Made by a program: the position numbers and the translations under genes. DNA of 32,000 bases from Synechococcus elongatus PCC 6301 (GTDB lineage: Bacteria; Cyanobacteriota; Cyanobacteriia; Synechococcales; Synechococcaceae), in contig NC_006576.1 of the NCBI RefSeq assembly GCF_000010065.1, positions 600,001-632,000 on the forward strand. Reading direction: 5' to 3'. Within the stretch, counting starts at the first letter, position 1. Every line of letters begins with the position of its first letter. Below are positions 9,437 through 19,040 of the stretch, one piece after another. Below the pieces are notes generated by a model, which ran no database searches, was not told the DNA's origin, and saw nothing but the letters and a program-made list of their open reading frames with translations.

Positions 9437-12400
9437 ATGGCGACATCCGTTTTTATTAACGAGTTTCACTACGACAATGCCGGCACGGATGCCGGTGAAT
9501 TTATTGAAATCTTGGCGCCTCTGGCCACTAGCCTGACTGGCTGGCGCCTAGTGCTCTACAACGGGGCTAACGGTCTGAGTTACAACACTACAGACTTAGG
9601 CAGCCTCTCGAGTACTGACCTTGGGAATGGCTTCAAAGCAGTCGTGGTCAACTACCCCAGCAATGGGATTCAAAATGGCGCACCCGACGGCTTCGCCCTC
9701 GTAGATGACACAGGCGCCGTGGTGCAGTTTCTCAGCTATGAGGGCACCTTCACCGCCACAAACGGTCCTGCATTAGGCTTGACCAGTACTGATATTGGCA
9801 TTGCCCAGAGCGGTACTGAACCCCTGGGATCCTCCCTCCAGTTGACGGGCAGCGGCACCCACTACGAAGACTTTACCTGGGCTAGCACGACTACCAACAC
9901 CAGCGGTGCCCTTAATGCGGGCCAGATCTTGGGTGGGGTTGTCGAGGCGATCGCTCCTCGCATCAACGAATTTGTGTTCGACCACGTTGGCACCGACACC
10001 AACGAATATGTCGAAATTTTGGGTGCGGCAAACACGGACTACTCTGCCTACACCCTGCTGCAAATTGAGGGGGACAGCGGTAGCACCCTCGGCCGGATTA
10101 CCAGCGCCCAGTCCTTGGGCAGCACTGATGCCAGTGGCTACTGGACCACGGGCTTTTTGAATAATGTTTACCAAAATGGCACGCAGACTTTGTTGCTGGT
10201 GAGGAACTTTACCGGCAGTGTCAACCAAGTGCTCGATAGCAACGGCGACGGGGTGCTGGATATTACCCCTTGGGATAGTGTTGCCGATGGAATAGCAGTA
10301 ACTGATGGTGGCCTGGGCGATCGCACCTACACTGCCGCTATCCTCACCCCCGGCTTTGGCGGCAATAGCCTCCGCGTCGGTGGCGCTTCCCGAATCCCCA
10401 ACGGGACTGATACCGATACCGCTGCTGACTGGGTGCGCAATGACTTTGACCTTGCAGGGCTACCGGGCTTTCCCGGAACACCGGATCAAGGCGAGGCGTT
10501 GAACACGCCCGGAGCGGCTAATGCGGTGGTTGATGTGCCACCGCCACCGCCGGAACTGACGGCAATTTATACCATTCAGGGGGCTGGGCAACGGTCTGCC
10601 CTCGTTGGCCAGACTGTCACGACCTCGGGTATTGTCACGGCTGTCGACAGCAACGGCTTCTACCTCCAAGACGCCACCGGCGATGGCGATATTGCCACGT
10701 CTGACGCCATCTTTGTCTTCACGGGCAGCACCCCCACCGTGGCTGTGGGTAACGAAATCCGCCTGTCTGGGACCGTGTCGGAGTTTACTCCCGGTGGCCT
10801 TTCTAGCCGCAATCTTTCTACCACCCAGCTTGGCGGCAGCCTCAACATCACAGTTCTGAGCACCGGCAACACCCTGCCAGCAGCGGTCATTCTGGGCGAA
10901 GGCGGTCGTTTACTCCCCTCATCTAATATCGACGATGATGCCTTCGGCAGCTTTGACCCAATCACCGATGGCATCGACTTCTTCGAGTCGCTGGAGGGGA
11001 TGCGGGTCACAGCTCAAAACCTACTGGTGGTCAATGGTACCAACGGCTTTGGCGAAATCTTTGGGGTAGTCGACAACGGTGCGGGGGCGACGGGTCTGAG
11101 CGATCGCGGCACCCTCAACATTAGCCCTGACGACTTTAACCCCGAGCGGGTGCAGGTGCAGTTCGACAGCGGTGTTTTCAACTTCGACTTCCCCGATGTC
11201 AACGTGGGCGATGGCATCGGCGCGGTTACCGGCGTGCTGGGCTACGACTTTGGGAATTTCCAGATTGTCGCTACCGAAGACTTCAGCGGCAGCATCCAAC
11301 GGGGTGGTTTACAACCGGAGGTCAGCACACTCACCCGTGGCAATGACCAGTTGACGGTTGCCACCTACAACGTACTCAACCTCGACCCCAACGATAACGA
11401 TGGCGATGCCGACATTGCCAATGGCCAGTTTGCAGCGATCGCCCGCCAAATCATCAATAACCTCAATTCCCCGGACATCATTGCCCTGCAGGAAGTTCAA
11501 GACAACAGTGGCAGCCTCAATGATGGGGTAACGGCGGCGAACCTGACTCTGCAGACTTTAGTGGATGCGATCGCGGCAGCGGGTGGCCCCACCTACGCCT
11601 TCATCGACAACCCGTTCATCACCAACAATGCTAGCGGTGGTCAGCCCGGGGCCAACATTCGTACTGCCTACCTCTACGACCCCAGCCGAGTGTCGTTTGT
11701 GGAAGACTCATTGACGACCATTGGTAGCCAACAACCTGGTGAAGCCTTTGCGGGCGCTCGTTTACCGCTAGTCGCTGACTTTGAGTTCAACGGCGAGACG
11801 GTGACTCTGGTCAACAATCACTTCTCCTCGAAGGGGGGCAGTGCGCCGATTCTAGGGACTGCTCAACCCTTTGAAAGCCGCCAAGAAGATTCCACAGTTA
11901 ATGGCTCGTTGGACGATCGCCAGGCTCAGTCTCAGGCTGTGCAGGACTACGTCAATGGACGGCTGGGGAACGACCCCACTGCCAAGGTGATTGTGCTGGG
12001 CGACTTCAACGAGTTTGAGTTTGTCTCGCCGGTGCGTGACCTCGCAGCCAACACAGGCCTGACGAATTTGACTGAGCTGCTACCCGAGAATGAACGCTAC
12101 ACGTTTATCTTCCAGGGCAATTCCCAGTCGATTGACCATATTTTGGTCAGCGGCAGTTTGGCTAATCGTGCCGAGATCGATATCGTCAACGTGAATACCG
12201 AGTTTGCTGAGTCGCTCCAAGCCAGTGATCACGATCCGGTACTCGCTCGGTTCACCATTGCAGCCCCCAATGTGATCCGTGGTACCTCACAACGTGATGT
12301 ACTCACGGGCAGCGATCGCAACGATATCTTCCTCGCCAGCGGCGGCCCTGACCGGATTACCACCGGCGGTGGCCGCGATCGCATTGTCTTCACCAACACT

Positions 12401-12667
12401 AGTCAAACTGGTGTCACCATTACTGACTTTGAGGTGGGGGTCGACAAGCTAGTCCTGACTGACCTGTTGGCGAGCGTTGGCTACACCGGCAATAATCCCC
12501 TGGCGGATGGCTTGATCAAAATCCGCAGCTTGGGTAACAGCGATCGCACCCAGCTTTCTCTGGAGTTGGATCGTATTGGCGGTGGGCGCACACAGTCCAC
12601 AAACTTCCTCACTTTTGAAGGAGTGAGTGCGGCGGAACTGAGCAACTTGGATAACTTTTTCTTCTAG
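9437..12667 (+). CDS. Large extracellular nuclease: lamin-tail-like domains, OB-like region, endonuclease/exonuclease/phosphatase (EEP) domain and a C-terminal calcium-binding-like tail
   Basis: VFINEFHYDNAGTDAGEFIEILAP and RINEFVFDHVGTDTNEYVEILG (LTD-like); LTVATYNVLNLDPN, DIIALQEVQDNSG, NHFSSKGGSAP, VIVLGDFNEFEF and SDHDPVLARF (EEP motifs); C-terminal TSQRDVLTGSDRNDIFLASGGPDRITTGGGRDRIVF. Confidence 0.85.
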   Translation: MATSVFINEFHYDNAGTDAGEFIEILAPLATSLTGWRLVLYNGANGLSYNTTDLGSLSSTDLGNGFKAVVVNYPSNGIQNGAPDGFALVDDTGAVVQFLSYEGTFTATNGPALGLTSTDIGIAQSGTEPLGSSLQLTGSGTHYEDFTWASTTTNTSGALNAGQILGGVVEAIAPRINEFVFDHVGTDTNEYVEILGAANTDYSAYTLLQIEGDSGSTLGRITSAQSLGSTDASGYWTTGFLNNVYQNGTQTLLLVRNFTGSVNQVLDSNGDGVLDITPWDSVADGIAVTDGGLGDRTYTAAILTPGFGGNSLRVGGASRIPNGTDTDTAADWVRNDFDLAGLPGFPGTPDQGEALNTPGAANAVVDVPPPPPELTAIYTIQGAGQRSALVGQTVTTSGIVTAVDSNGFYLQDATGDGDIATSDAIFVFTGSTPTVAVGNEIRLSGTVSEFTPGGLSSRNLSTTQLGGSLNITVLSTGNTLPAAVILGEGGRLLPSSNIDDDAFGSFDPITDGIDFFESLEGMRVTAQNLLVVNGTNGFGEIFGVVDNGAGATGLSDRGTLNISPDDFNPERVQVQFDSGVFNFDFPDVNVGDGIGAVTGVLGYDFGNFQIVATEDFSGSIQRGGLQPEVSTLTRGNDQLTVATYNVLNLDPNDNDGDADIANGQFAAIARQIINNLNSPDIIALQEVQDNSGSLNDGVTAANLTLQTLVDAIAAAGGPTYAFIDNPFITNNASGGQPGANIRTAYLYDPSRVSFVEDSLTTIGSQQPGEAFAGARLPLVADFEFNGETVTLVNNHFSSKGGSAPILGTAQPFESRQEDSTVNGSLDDRQAQSQAVQDYVNGRLGNDPTAKVIVLGDFNEFEFVSPVRDLAANTGLTNLTELLPENERYTFIFQGNSQSIDHILVSGSLANRAEIDIVNVNTEFAESLQASDHDPVLARFTIAAPNVIRGTSQRDVLTGSDRNDIFLASGGPDRITTGGGRDRIVFTNTSQTGVTITDFEVGVDKLVLTDLLASVGYTGNNPLADGLIKIRSLGNSDRTQLSLELDRIGGGRTQSTNFLTFEGVSAAELSNLDNFFF

Positions 12668-12684
12668 ATGACCTAGGCTACAGC

Positions 12685-12724
12685 AAAAAGTCCCTGAGTT
12701 CTCAAGAGATTCTGGGACTTTTTT
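12685..12724 (+). terminator. Rho-independent terminator of the nuclease gene
   Basis: AAAAAGTCCC...GGGACTTTTTT perfect stem about 18 nt after the stop codon, ending in a T-tract. Confidence 0.88.
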
Positions 12725-12925
12725 AATGCATTATTCGGCTGGTTGAAGCGGCGATCGCTGCCAGTCCTGCGAGGGAGCAGCGAAGCTCAACGTCAGGCTG
12801 GTTCAGCTTTAGGTGTAATCTAGGGTTTTACTTTTAGAGTTTTGAAGGGTTAAAATCTAAAAGTACATGGCCCAAGCGATCGCAGATATGAGCGCACAAG
12901 CCTCTCGAAATCATGAGGAAAAGCG

Positions 12926-13225
12926 ATGGGCTCCAAGCACAACTTTATCTGTCCGAGCTGTGAGTACGAGTCCGGGTTGGTCTCGGGTCAACCAGACTCC
13001 GGCATGATGGTCGCAGTCGACACCATGGTTTGCCAAGACTGCCAGTCAGTCGTTGATGTTGTCGTCCAAATCTTCTTGGATGAATACGCAGCTGAAATTG
13101 ACTTAAATTGTTGTCCTGATTGTCGAGGAACGCGAGTGTCGCCTTGGCCTAGTCAGCATCCTTGCCCTAAATGCCAAGAACCCATGGTGCAAGATAGTCT
13201 GTCGCCCGAAATGTTGTGGGATTGA
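12926..13225 (+). CDS. Small zinc-ribbon-type protein
   Basis: 99 aa with four CxxC pairs: CPSC, CQDC, CPDC, CPKC. Confidence 0.75.
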   Translation: MGSKHNFICPSCEYESGLVSGQPDSGMMVAVDTMVCQDCQSVVDVVVQIFLDEYAAEIDLNCCPDCRGTRVSPWPSQHPCPKCQEPMVQDSLSPEMLWD

Positions 13226-13286
13226 CGAGCCAAAGTAAGGGCTTGACCTTGCTGAATCACAGCCAAGCCCCCATAGGGCCAAAGCG

Positions 13287-15212
13287 CTAAAACACAGCGG
13301 GTGCTTGGATCGCTGGCTGAGTCACTGCACTCGATTTCGGAAATTGTTCAACAATTTTGCGAAATTCATCGCCCTCAATCAGTTCTTGATCGATCAAGCG
13401 ATCGACGAGTCGATCCATCAGCTCGCGGTTCTCTAACACCAGTTGGCGCGCTTCGGCATGACAGGTTTGAATCAAAGCCCGAATCTTGCGGTCAATCTGT
13501 GCGGCAACACTTTCAGAATAGTCTGCTCGCCGCGACATCCAATCTCGACCGAGGAAGACTTCGCCTTGATCACTTTCGAGTGCCAAAGGACCCAGATCGG
13601 ACATGCCGTAGCGGGTGATCATTTCCCGAGCCAGATTTGTAATCATCTCGATGTCAGAAGCGGCACCTTGCGTGACTTCCGCATCCCCAAAGACGACTTC
13701 TTCAGCAGCGCGCCCACCCAAGGCAACGACAATGCGATCGCGCAACCAAGCACGGCTATAGAGACCGCTATCGATCAATTCCTCGTTAGGAATCGGTTTG
13801 GCAAAGCCGCCAATCCCCCCTGATCGCGGAATAATTGTGACTTTGTCCAAGCGATCGGAATGCTTGAGCAAGGTCATCAGCAAAGCATGGCCGATTTCGT
13901 GATAGGCAATCAGCCGCTTTTTCTGACTGTCGAGCAGCGGCGAAAGCGTCATGCCAATCGTGACGCGATCGATCGCATCATCAATATCAGTTTCATCCAC
14001 GGCAGTTTTATTGCGCCGGGCCGTCAGAATCGCTGCTTCGTTGAGCAGATTTGCCAACTCGGCCCCCGAAAAGCCTGGTGTTCGCCGCGCGATCGCTTCC
14101 AAGGAAACCTCTTCGGCCAGTTTTTTATTGCGAGCATGGACTTGCAAAATCCCGAGGCGACCGTTGTAGCTCGGGAGATCAACGGTGATTTGGCGATCGA
14201 AGCGGCCGGGACGGAGTAAGGCGGAATCGAGCACATCAGGACGGTTGGTCGCCGCAATAATGATGACGCCCGAGTTTTCCTCAAAGCCATCCATTTCAGT
14301 CAGCAATTGATTGAGGGTTTGTTCCCGCTCGTCATTGCCACCGCCAATGCCAGCCCCACGCTGCCGTCCAACTGCATCGATCTCATCGATGAAGACGATG
14401 CAAGGAGAGTTTTCCTTGGCTTTACGGAACAGATCGCGAACGCGGCTCGCGCCAACGCCGACAAACATCTCCACAAATTCGGAGCCGGACATACTGAAAA
14501 ACGGCACGCCTGCTTCACCGGCGATCGCCTTAGCCAGCAGTGTTTTCCCCGTCCCCGGGGGGCCAACCAACAACACCCCGCGTGGAATGCGAGCCCCAAC
14601 AGCGGTGAAGCGATCGGAACTACGCAGGAAAGAAACGACTTCCTGTAGCTCTTCCTTCGCTTCTTCAATGCCGGCCACGTCTTCAAACATCACGCCGGTT
14701 TTGGCTTCCATTTGAAAGCGGGCACGGGACTTACCAAAGTTCAAGGCTTGGTTGGCAGCTCCTGCCGATCGCCGCAGCAGAAAAACCAGGCCGACGATCA
14801 GGATCAAAATCAGCCCGAGGTTGACCAGCGTGCCTGCTAAGGCGCTGTTGTCCTGTGTCGGTGTGACCTCAAAGGGCACGTTGTAGCGGCGTGCCGTCTC
14901 GATTAACTCTGGATTTTGGTTAAATAGCGGGACTTCTGCACTGCGCCGCCCTTGCAGTTGCACCCGAGCAACGCGCTGCACGGGGTCGTAGTCAATACTT
15001 TGGACTTGGCCGTCCGCAATATCTTTGAGCAGGCCCGAGTAATCGAGGGAGACTGTCGTTGGCTCGCTGCGATTTTGGGCGAAGGCCGGTGGAATGTTGC
15101 CGCCACCCAAACTCAATCCGAGCAGCAGCACCCAGACAAAACGCCAAGAAGAACGGGTGCGGGACGGGGTGAGAGGCTTGGGCATAGTCGGCAGTACAAA
15201 CCCCAAGGGCAA
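13287..15212 (-). CDS. ftsH: ATP-dependent zinc metalloprotease FtsH (start 15212 or 15185)
   Basis: Walker [19 protein letters not shown], Walker [14 protein letters not shown], second region of homology [22 protein letters not shown], protease motif HEIGH. Confidence 0.95.
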   Translation of the reverse strand: MPLGFVLPTMPKPLTPSRTRSSWRFVWVLLLGLSLGGGNIPPAFAQNRSEPTTVSLDYSGLLKDIADGQVQSIDYDPVQRVARVQLQGRRSAEVPLFNQNPELIETARRYNVPFEVTPTQDNSALAGTLVNLGLILILIVGLVFLLRRSAGAANQALNFGKSRARFQMEAKTGVMFEDVAGIEEAKEELQEVVSFLRSSDRFTAVGARIPRGVLLVGPPGTGKTLLAKAIAGEAGVPFFSMSGSEFVEMFVGVGASRVRDLFRKAKENSPCIVFIDEIDAVGRQRGAGIGGGNDEREQTLNQLLTEMDGFEENSGVIIIAATNRPDVLDSALLRPGRFDRQITVDLPSYNGRLGILQVHARNKKLAEEVSLEAIARRTPGFSGAELANLLNEAAILTARRNKTAVDETDIDDAIDRVTIGMTLSPLLDSQKKRLIAYHEIGHALLMTLLKHSDRLDKVTIIPRSGGIGGFAKPIPNEELIDSGLYSRAWLRDRIVVALGGRAAEEVVFGDAEVTQGAASDIEMITNLAREMITRYGMSDLGPLALESDQGEVFLGRDWMSRRADYSESVAAQIDRKIRALIQTCHAEARQLVLENRELMDRLVDRLIDQELIEGDEFRKIVEQFPKSSAVTQPAIQAPAVF

Positions 15213-15373
15213 AAAAATAGCACCTCCAGTCTAGCGGCGCGCTCTGTTCCTGCGTTGAGCGGTGGCGATCGCCCTCAGCAAGCGCGGCGAACACCCTCAA
15301 CCAGTTGACCTGCGCTGCCCAACGAATCTATGATCGTCTTTCTGTGAATCTTCCAATCATCCAGTAATCTGCC

Positions 15374-15550
15374 ATGGCCGTCCCAAAGAAGAAAACTTCC
15401 AAGAGCAAACGCGACAAGCGCAAAGCCACTTGGAAGCGTAAGGCTGCTCTGCAGGCTCAACGGGCGCTGTCCTTGGGTAAATCCGTTCTGACCGGTCGGG
15501 CGAAAGGCTTCGTGTATCCGGCTCAAGACGAAGAAGAAACCGAAGAATAG
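15374..15550 (+). CDS. rpmF: 50S ribosomal protein L32 (absent from the supplied ORF track, probably too short)
   Basis: Translated directly: [58 protein letters not shown]. Confidence 0.93.
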   Translation: MAVPKKKTSKSKRDKRKATWKRKAALQAQRALSLGKSVLTGRAKGFVYPAQDEEETEE

Positions 15551-15565
15551 GCTCTGCTGCTCAAT

Positions 15566-16651
15566 TTAAGTCAGCACCTGGGTGACAGCGTGATCCGCAC
15601 CGATCGCTGCCACCCAATTTTTGCTACCTGCTGTAGGTTGGCTGATCGGTTCAATGAAGAGTTGCGGATGTAATGCCTTCCAGAAGTACTGGACGAAATC
15701 CGCGATCGCCTCAGGCGACATTGCCTGACCCCTTTGACGCTGTAGTTCTTGCTCTGCTTGCAGCCGCCAGTCGTAGCTCCAGCGAAAGTCCTGTGGGCGC
15801 AAAATCAGCAGCTGATCGATAAACGCCCATAACGGCTCATAGTCCACTAAACGCCGATTGCAATCCGTCGCAAACCCTTGATCAGCTGTTGTCTCGATCG
15901 GCCAAGGCCAAGCGGAAGGGGGCCAATGGCGAACGCGCTGGCAGCCAACAAACCAGCCCTCAAAAATCACCAGATCGACTCGACCCATCGGCACTGGCGC
16001 GATGCGATCGCCTGCTCCGGCTTGCAGTGACTTATCAAATCGGGGCAAGAGCGTTGGCTGACCCGCTCGGAGGTCGGTCAGAGTCTGCTGCAACACTGGC
16101 AGATCGTGGGTACCAGGTGGCCCACGCCAAATCAGTCGTGGATCCTGTGTTTGCAACTGACAGCGATCGCGGAAGCTGAGGTAACCATCGTCGAGGGACA
16201 AGCTGCAGACACGATACCCCTGTTGCTGGAGGAGCAAGGCCAGCACCTGTCCCAAAGTGGTTTTGCCACAACCCTGCCCGCCCAAAATGCCCAGAATGAA
16301 AGGACTCGTCTGCTGTTGAATCTGCTGAGCCAGGTGTTGGGCCAGAGGCAACCACAGACGCCAGAGAGTCTTCCAGAACGGTGGTGCACCGGCTGGCAGG
16401 GCTGGAAAGCAGTTACAGAGCGGGAACCAAGCGGCCCGCAGCCACTCGGCCTGCACCAACCAATCCATGTCTGGGCGATCGCTGACCATGAGTGCTGTTG
16501 CCGCAAGCTGCCAGTGCTGAGCAACCACCTGCAGAGTGTCATCAGTCAGCATCTCTGCTTGATCTAAGGCTGCTGCTGCCTTGGCGGCGATCGCCGCGTC
16601 TTCAGGATCCCAGCTTGAGGGTTTCCAAGGCCAGGCCATAGAGAGCACCAA
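15566..16651 (-). CDS. D-glycerate 3-kinase (plant/cyanobacterial GLYK type)
   Basis: P-loop FILGILGGQGCGKTTLGQVL, then LSLDDGYLSFRDR, RGPPGTHDL, LPRFDKSLQAGAGDR and VIFEGWFVGC. Confidence 0.88.
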   Translation of the reverse strand: MVLSMAWPWKPSSWDPEDAAIAAKAAAALDQAEMLTDDTLQVVAQHWQLAATALMVSDRPDMDWLVQAEWLRAAWFPLCNCFPALPAGAPPFWKTLWRLWLPLAQHLAQQIQQQTSPFILGILGGQGCGKTTLGQVLALLLQQQGYRVCSLSLDDGYLSFRDRCQLQTQDPRLIWRGPPGTHDLPVLQQTLTDLRAGQPTLLPRFDKSLQAGAGDRIAPVPMGRVDLVIFEGWFVGCQRVRHWPPSAWPWPIETTADQGFATDCNRRLVDYEPLWAFIDQLLILRPQDFRWSYDWRLQAEQELQRQRGQAMSPEAIADFVQYFWKALHPQLFIEPISQPTAGSKNWVAAIGADHAVTQVLT

Positions 16652-16940
16652 GCTTGAGATTTTGCAGCAAGAGGAACGGCAAACTGCGATCGGGTTTGCC
16701 GGCCCCAGGCCCGCGATAGTACAGCCAGCTGCAAGTTTCTACTGAGATCGTAATCACCGCCGCAAAGCTGGGATCCCACACCCCTGACTGGCCGGCCACG
16801 AGGGACAGGGTGTTGGTCAACCAAAACCCGAAGAGCAGGAAAATAATTTGCAGCGACAGGCGCCGCCAGGGCTGCTGGAACCATTGCAGGACCCTACCGC
16901 CGGCTTCACTCACCAGTTGGTTGAGGCGCGTATTCTGCAT
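16602..16940 (-). CDS. Ycf20-like / DUF565 membrane protein (start likely MQNTRLNQL; ORF-track start is 16997)
   Basis: IIFLLFGFWLTNTLSLVAGQSGVWDPSFAAVITISVETCSWLYY and LLLQNLKLGALYGLALETLKLGS match the Ycf20 pattern. Confidence 0.78.
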   Translation of the reverse strand: MQNTRLNQLVSEAGGRVLQWFQQPWRRLSLQIIFLLFGFWLTNTLSLVAGQSGVWDPSFAAVITISVETCSWLYYRGPGAGKPDRSLPFLLLQNLKLGALYGLALETLKLGS

Positions 16941-16978
16941 ATCGGCGAGGACAGGGCAGAGAACGGGCAGCAACAGCG

Positions 16979-17629
16979 TTGAATACGCGATCGCCACTGC
17001 AGAGCATATTAGTCTTGCTGTGTAGAGGTGGGGAATGGTCCTTGGGAAGGGAATCCGGGGTGAGCAGTCGAAGAGTCCAATGGTTGAGCGGCGGCTTGCT
17101 ACTGACAGCCCTTTTGGGTGGTTGTGGGCTGCTCAGCGGTTTTTGGGGTGTGGAAGCCCCCTTGGGAGAGGCGGTCCCACCGATAGCAACACCCCCCCTG
17201 CCGCCGGTTCCGCCGCGCTTCCAAGGCAATGTTTCGCCACGGGACAGTGCTGATCTGAGCGATCGCATGGCCGCCAATCCAGCTGCCTATCGGGCTCCCA
17301 TCCGGGTGGCAAATCGCTCGAACCATCCGGTGCGAGTCGTTCTGCAACAGGCTGCGATCGCCAAGACGACCGATCCGGTGCACTGGGACTTTGCGCCCCA
17401 GGAAGTTGGTCCCCAAGGACTGGTGCTGTCCCTGCCCCAGGGGGAGCTGCGAGTCCAGCCCCAGGACGTTCTGGTGGCCTTTGCCCTCGATGGATCCCAG
17501 CTCTACTGGGGACCTTACCAAGTGGGCCGCGATCGCCAGCCGCGCTGGAATCCTGAGCGACAGGAGTGGCAGCTCTTGATTGAGAATCCTGTGCCAGACA
17601 GAGGTGAAGACCCCTCACCGGTAAAATAG
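16979..17629 (+). CDS. Hypothetical secreted or lipoprotein-like protein
   Basis: Intact 216-aa ORF with the hydrophobic, Cys-containing segment WLSGGLLLTALLGGCGLLSG. The true start may be internal. Confidence 0.6.
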   Translation: MNTRSPLQSILVLLCRGGEWSLGRESGVSSRRVQWLSGGLLLTALLGGCGLLSGFWGVEAPLGEAVPPIATPPLPPVPPRFQGNVSPRDSADLSDRMAANPAAYRAPIRVANRSNHPVRVVLQQAAIAKTTDPVHWDFAPQEVGPQGLVLSLPQGELRVQPQDVLVAFALDGSQLYWGPYQVGRDRQPRWNPERQEWQLLIENPVPDRGEDPSPVK

Positions 17630-17651
17630 GGCGTCAGTAATCGCAAGGACG

Positions 17652-19040
17652 ATGAACAAGATGCCAGGGTCGTGGACAACGGGGCGCATGCTCTTGATCG
17701 GCGGTGCTCTGCTTTTCGCAACTCTCTGGCTGAGCGATCGCCTCTTGACGGTCGTCAGTGCGGGCGGCTCTTGGCTTGGCTTAGCGATCGCGGGGCTACT
17801 GCTGTTGCGCTGGTTACGGAGTCAACCACCAGCGATCGCAGCAACTACGACGAAGACACCGCTGCTGACCCGAGCGATCGTGGAATCGCGCCTAGAGGCC
17901 TTGAGCCAGCAAGTGACTGAGCTAACTGAAGAGTACGGGCAAGCTTGCACGGATCCGCTACCAAGCCTGCGATCGGGCTTGCAAACGCGAGACCTCAAGC
18001 TGGCCGTCGTTGGGGCACCAGGTGTCGGCAAAACCAGTTTGGTCAATGCCCTCGCCCGCGACTGGCAACCACGCTTCAGTCTCGAGCTGCAAGATACGTT
18101 CTGTCTGTTCCGCAACATTGCCACAGCCGCAGAGGCATTCACTCTGCCACCGGATCTGTTGTCTGCTGACCTGATCCTGTTTGTGATTCAGGGGGACCTC
18201 AGCGCCTCCGAGCTGCGCTGTTTGCAGAGCCTCTTACCCCAGTCCAATGTTCTGGTGATTTGCAACAGTACGGCGACCGCTGCAGAAGCCGAGCGAGAGC
18301 GAAGGGCTGTTGCAGCTCATCTAGCGGGCCTCGTCTCACCTGAAGCAATTGTGTCGGTGTCCGCGATCGCCAGCGATCGCACGGGCATTGCCTCCCTCCT
18401 GCAGCGGCTGGACCAGTGGCTGAGCAGTCGCAGCCTCGAACAGCATCTGTTGCAAGCCGTCGATCGCGCCATCAATCGCCAGCAGGCTTGGCTGACCGCT
18501 CAACTGTTTGAACAGCGCCGTCTACGGGCGATCGCCGCGATCGATCGAACCCAGTGGCTTGTGGCAGGAACAGTCTTCCTCAATCCAGTGCCCAGCCTGG
18601 ATCTGATTGCTACCGTTGCCGCCAACGGTCAGATGCTGGTCGAAATTGGCGGGGTTTTTCAGCAGCGCTTCAGCGTTGAACAGGCAAAAGCGATCGCCCT
18701 CAGTTTGGGTGACCTGTTGATCAAGCTGGGCTTGGTGGAATGGTCAACGCAAACGCTGGCCGGGCTGCTCAAGAGCAGTGGCTTGGCCTACGTGGCAGGT
18801 GGTGCAGTACAAGCTATCAGCGCCGCCTACCTCACGCGGGTGGTTGGCATTACCTTGATCGAGTTCCATCGCCGTCACCCGCATCTCAGCTTAGAAACGC
18901 CAGAAGCACGGCTAGAACTGAGTCGTCTGTTGCCCGAGGTGCTCAGCCAAGAACAGCGCAGTGCGGTCTTGACGGGTTTCTATCGTCAGGCCAAGCAGTG
19001 GCTAAGTCAGCAGCCGGCCTTGCCGGCCAGTGCCTCCTGA
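17652..19040 (+). CDS. Membrane-associated GTP-binding protein with DUF697-like C-terminal region
   Basis: N-terminal TM segment, G1 motif GAPGVGKTSLVNAL, Ala/Gly-rich hydrophobic C-terminus (IATVAANGQMLVEIGGVF... AYVAGGAVQAISAAYLTRVVG). Confidence 0.8.
   Translation: MNKMPGSWTTGRMLLIGGALLFATLWLSDRLLTVVSAGGSWLGLAIAGLLLLRWLRSQPPAIAATTTKTPLLTRAIVESRLEALSQQVTELTEEYGQACTDPLPSLRSGLQTRDLKLAVVGAPGVGKTSLVNALARDWQPRFSLELQDTFCLFRNIATAAEAFTLPPDLLSADLILFVIQGDLSASELRCLQSLLPQSNVLVICNSTATAAEAERERRAVAAHLAGLVSPEAIVSVSAIASDRTGIASLLQRLDQWLSSRSLEQHLLQAVDRAINRQQAWLTAQLFEQRRLRAIAAIDRTQWLVAGTVFLNPVPSLDLIATVAANGQMLVEIGGVFQQRFSVEQAKAIALSLGDLLIKLGLVEWSTQTLAGLLKSSGLAYVAGGAVQAISAAYLTRVVGITLIEFHRRHPHLSLETPEARLELSRLLPEVLSQEQRSAVLTGFYRQAKQWLSQQPALPASAS

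Noticed and set aside
9207-9536. 109-aa ORF preceding the nuclease
   Set aside because: It overlaps the nuclease start, has unremarkable composition and no family resemblance. Treated as non-coding.
9773-10228. 151-aa antisense ORF within the nuclease gene
   Set aside because: It is a shadow ORF on the opposite strand of a clearly coding, domain-bearing gene.
14024-14715. Several overlapping ORFs antisense to the ftsH AAA region
   Set aside because: They are complement-strand artefacts of highly conserved AAA/FtsH coding sequence.
13287-15212. FtsH protease motif HEIGH instead of the more familiar HEAGH
   Set aside because: It still satisfies HExxH, and cyanobacterial FtsH paralogs vary at this residue, so it is not evidence for an inactive protease.
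16106-16567. 153-aa plus-strand ORF antisense to D-glycerate 3-kinase
   Set aside because: It is a complement ORF of a well-supported gene in GC-rich DNA, with no recognisable protein motif.
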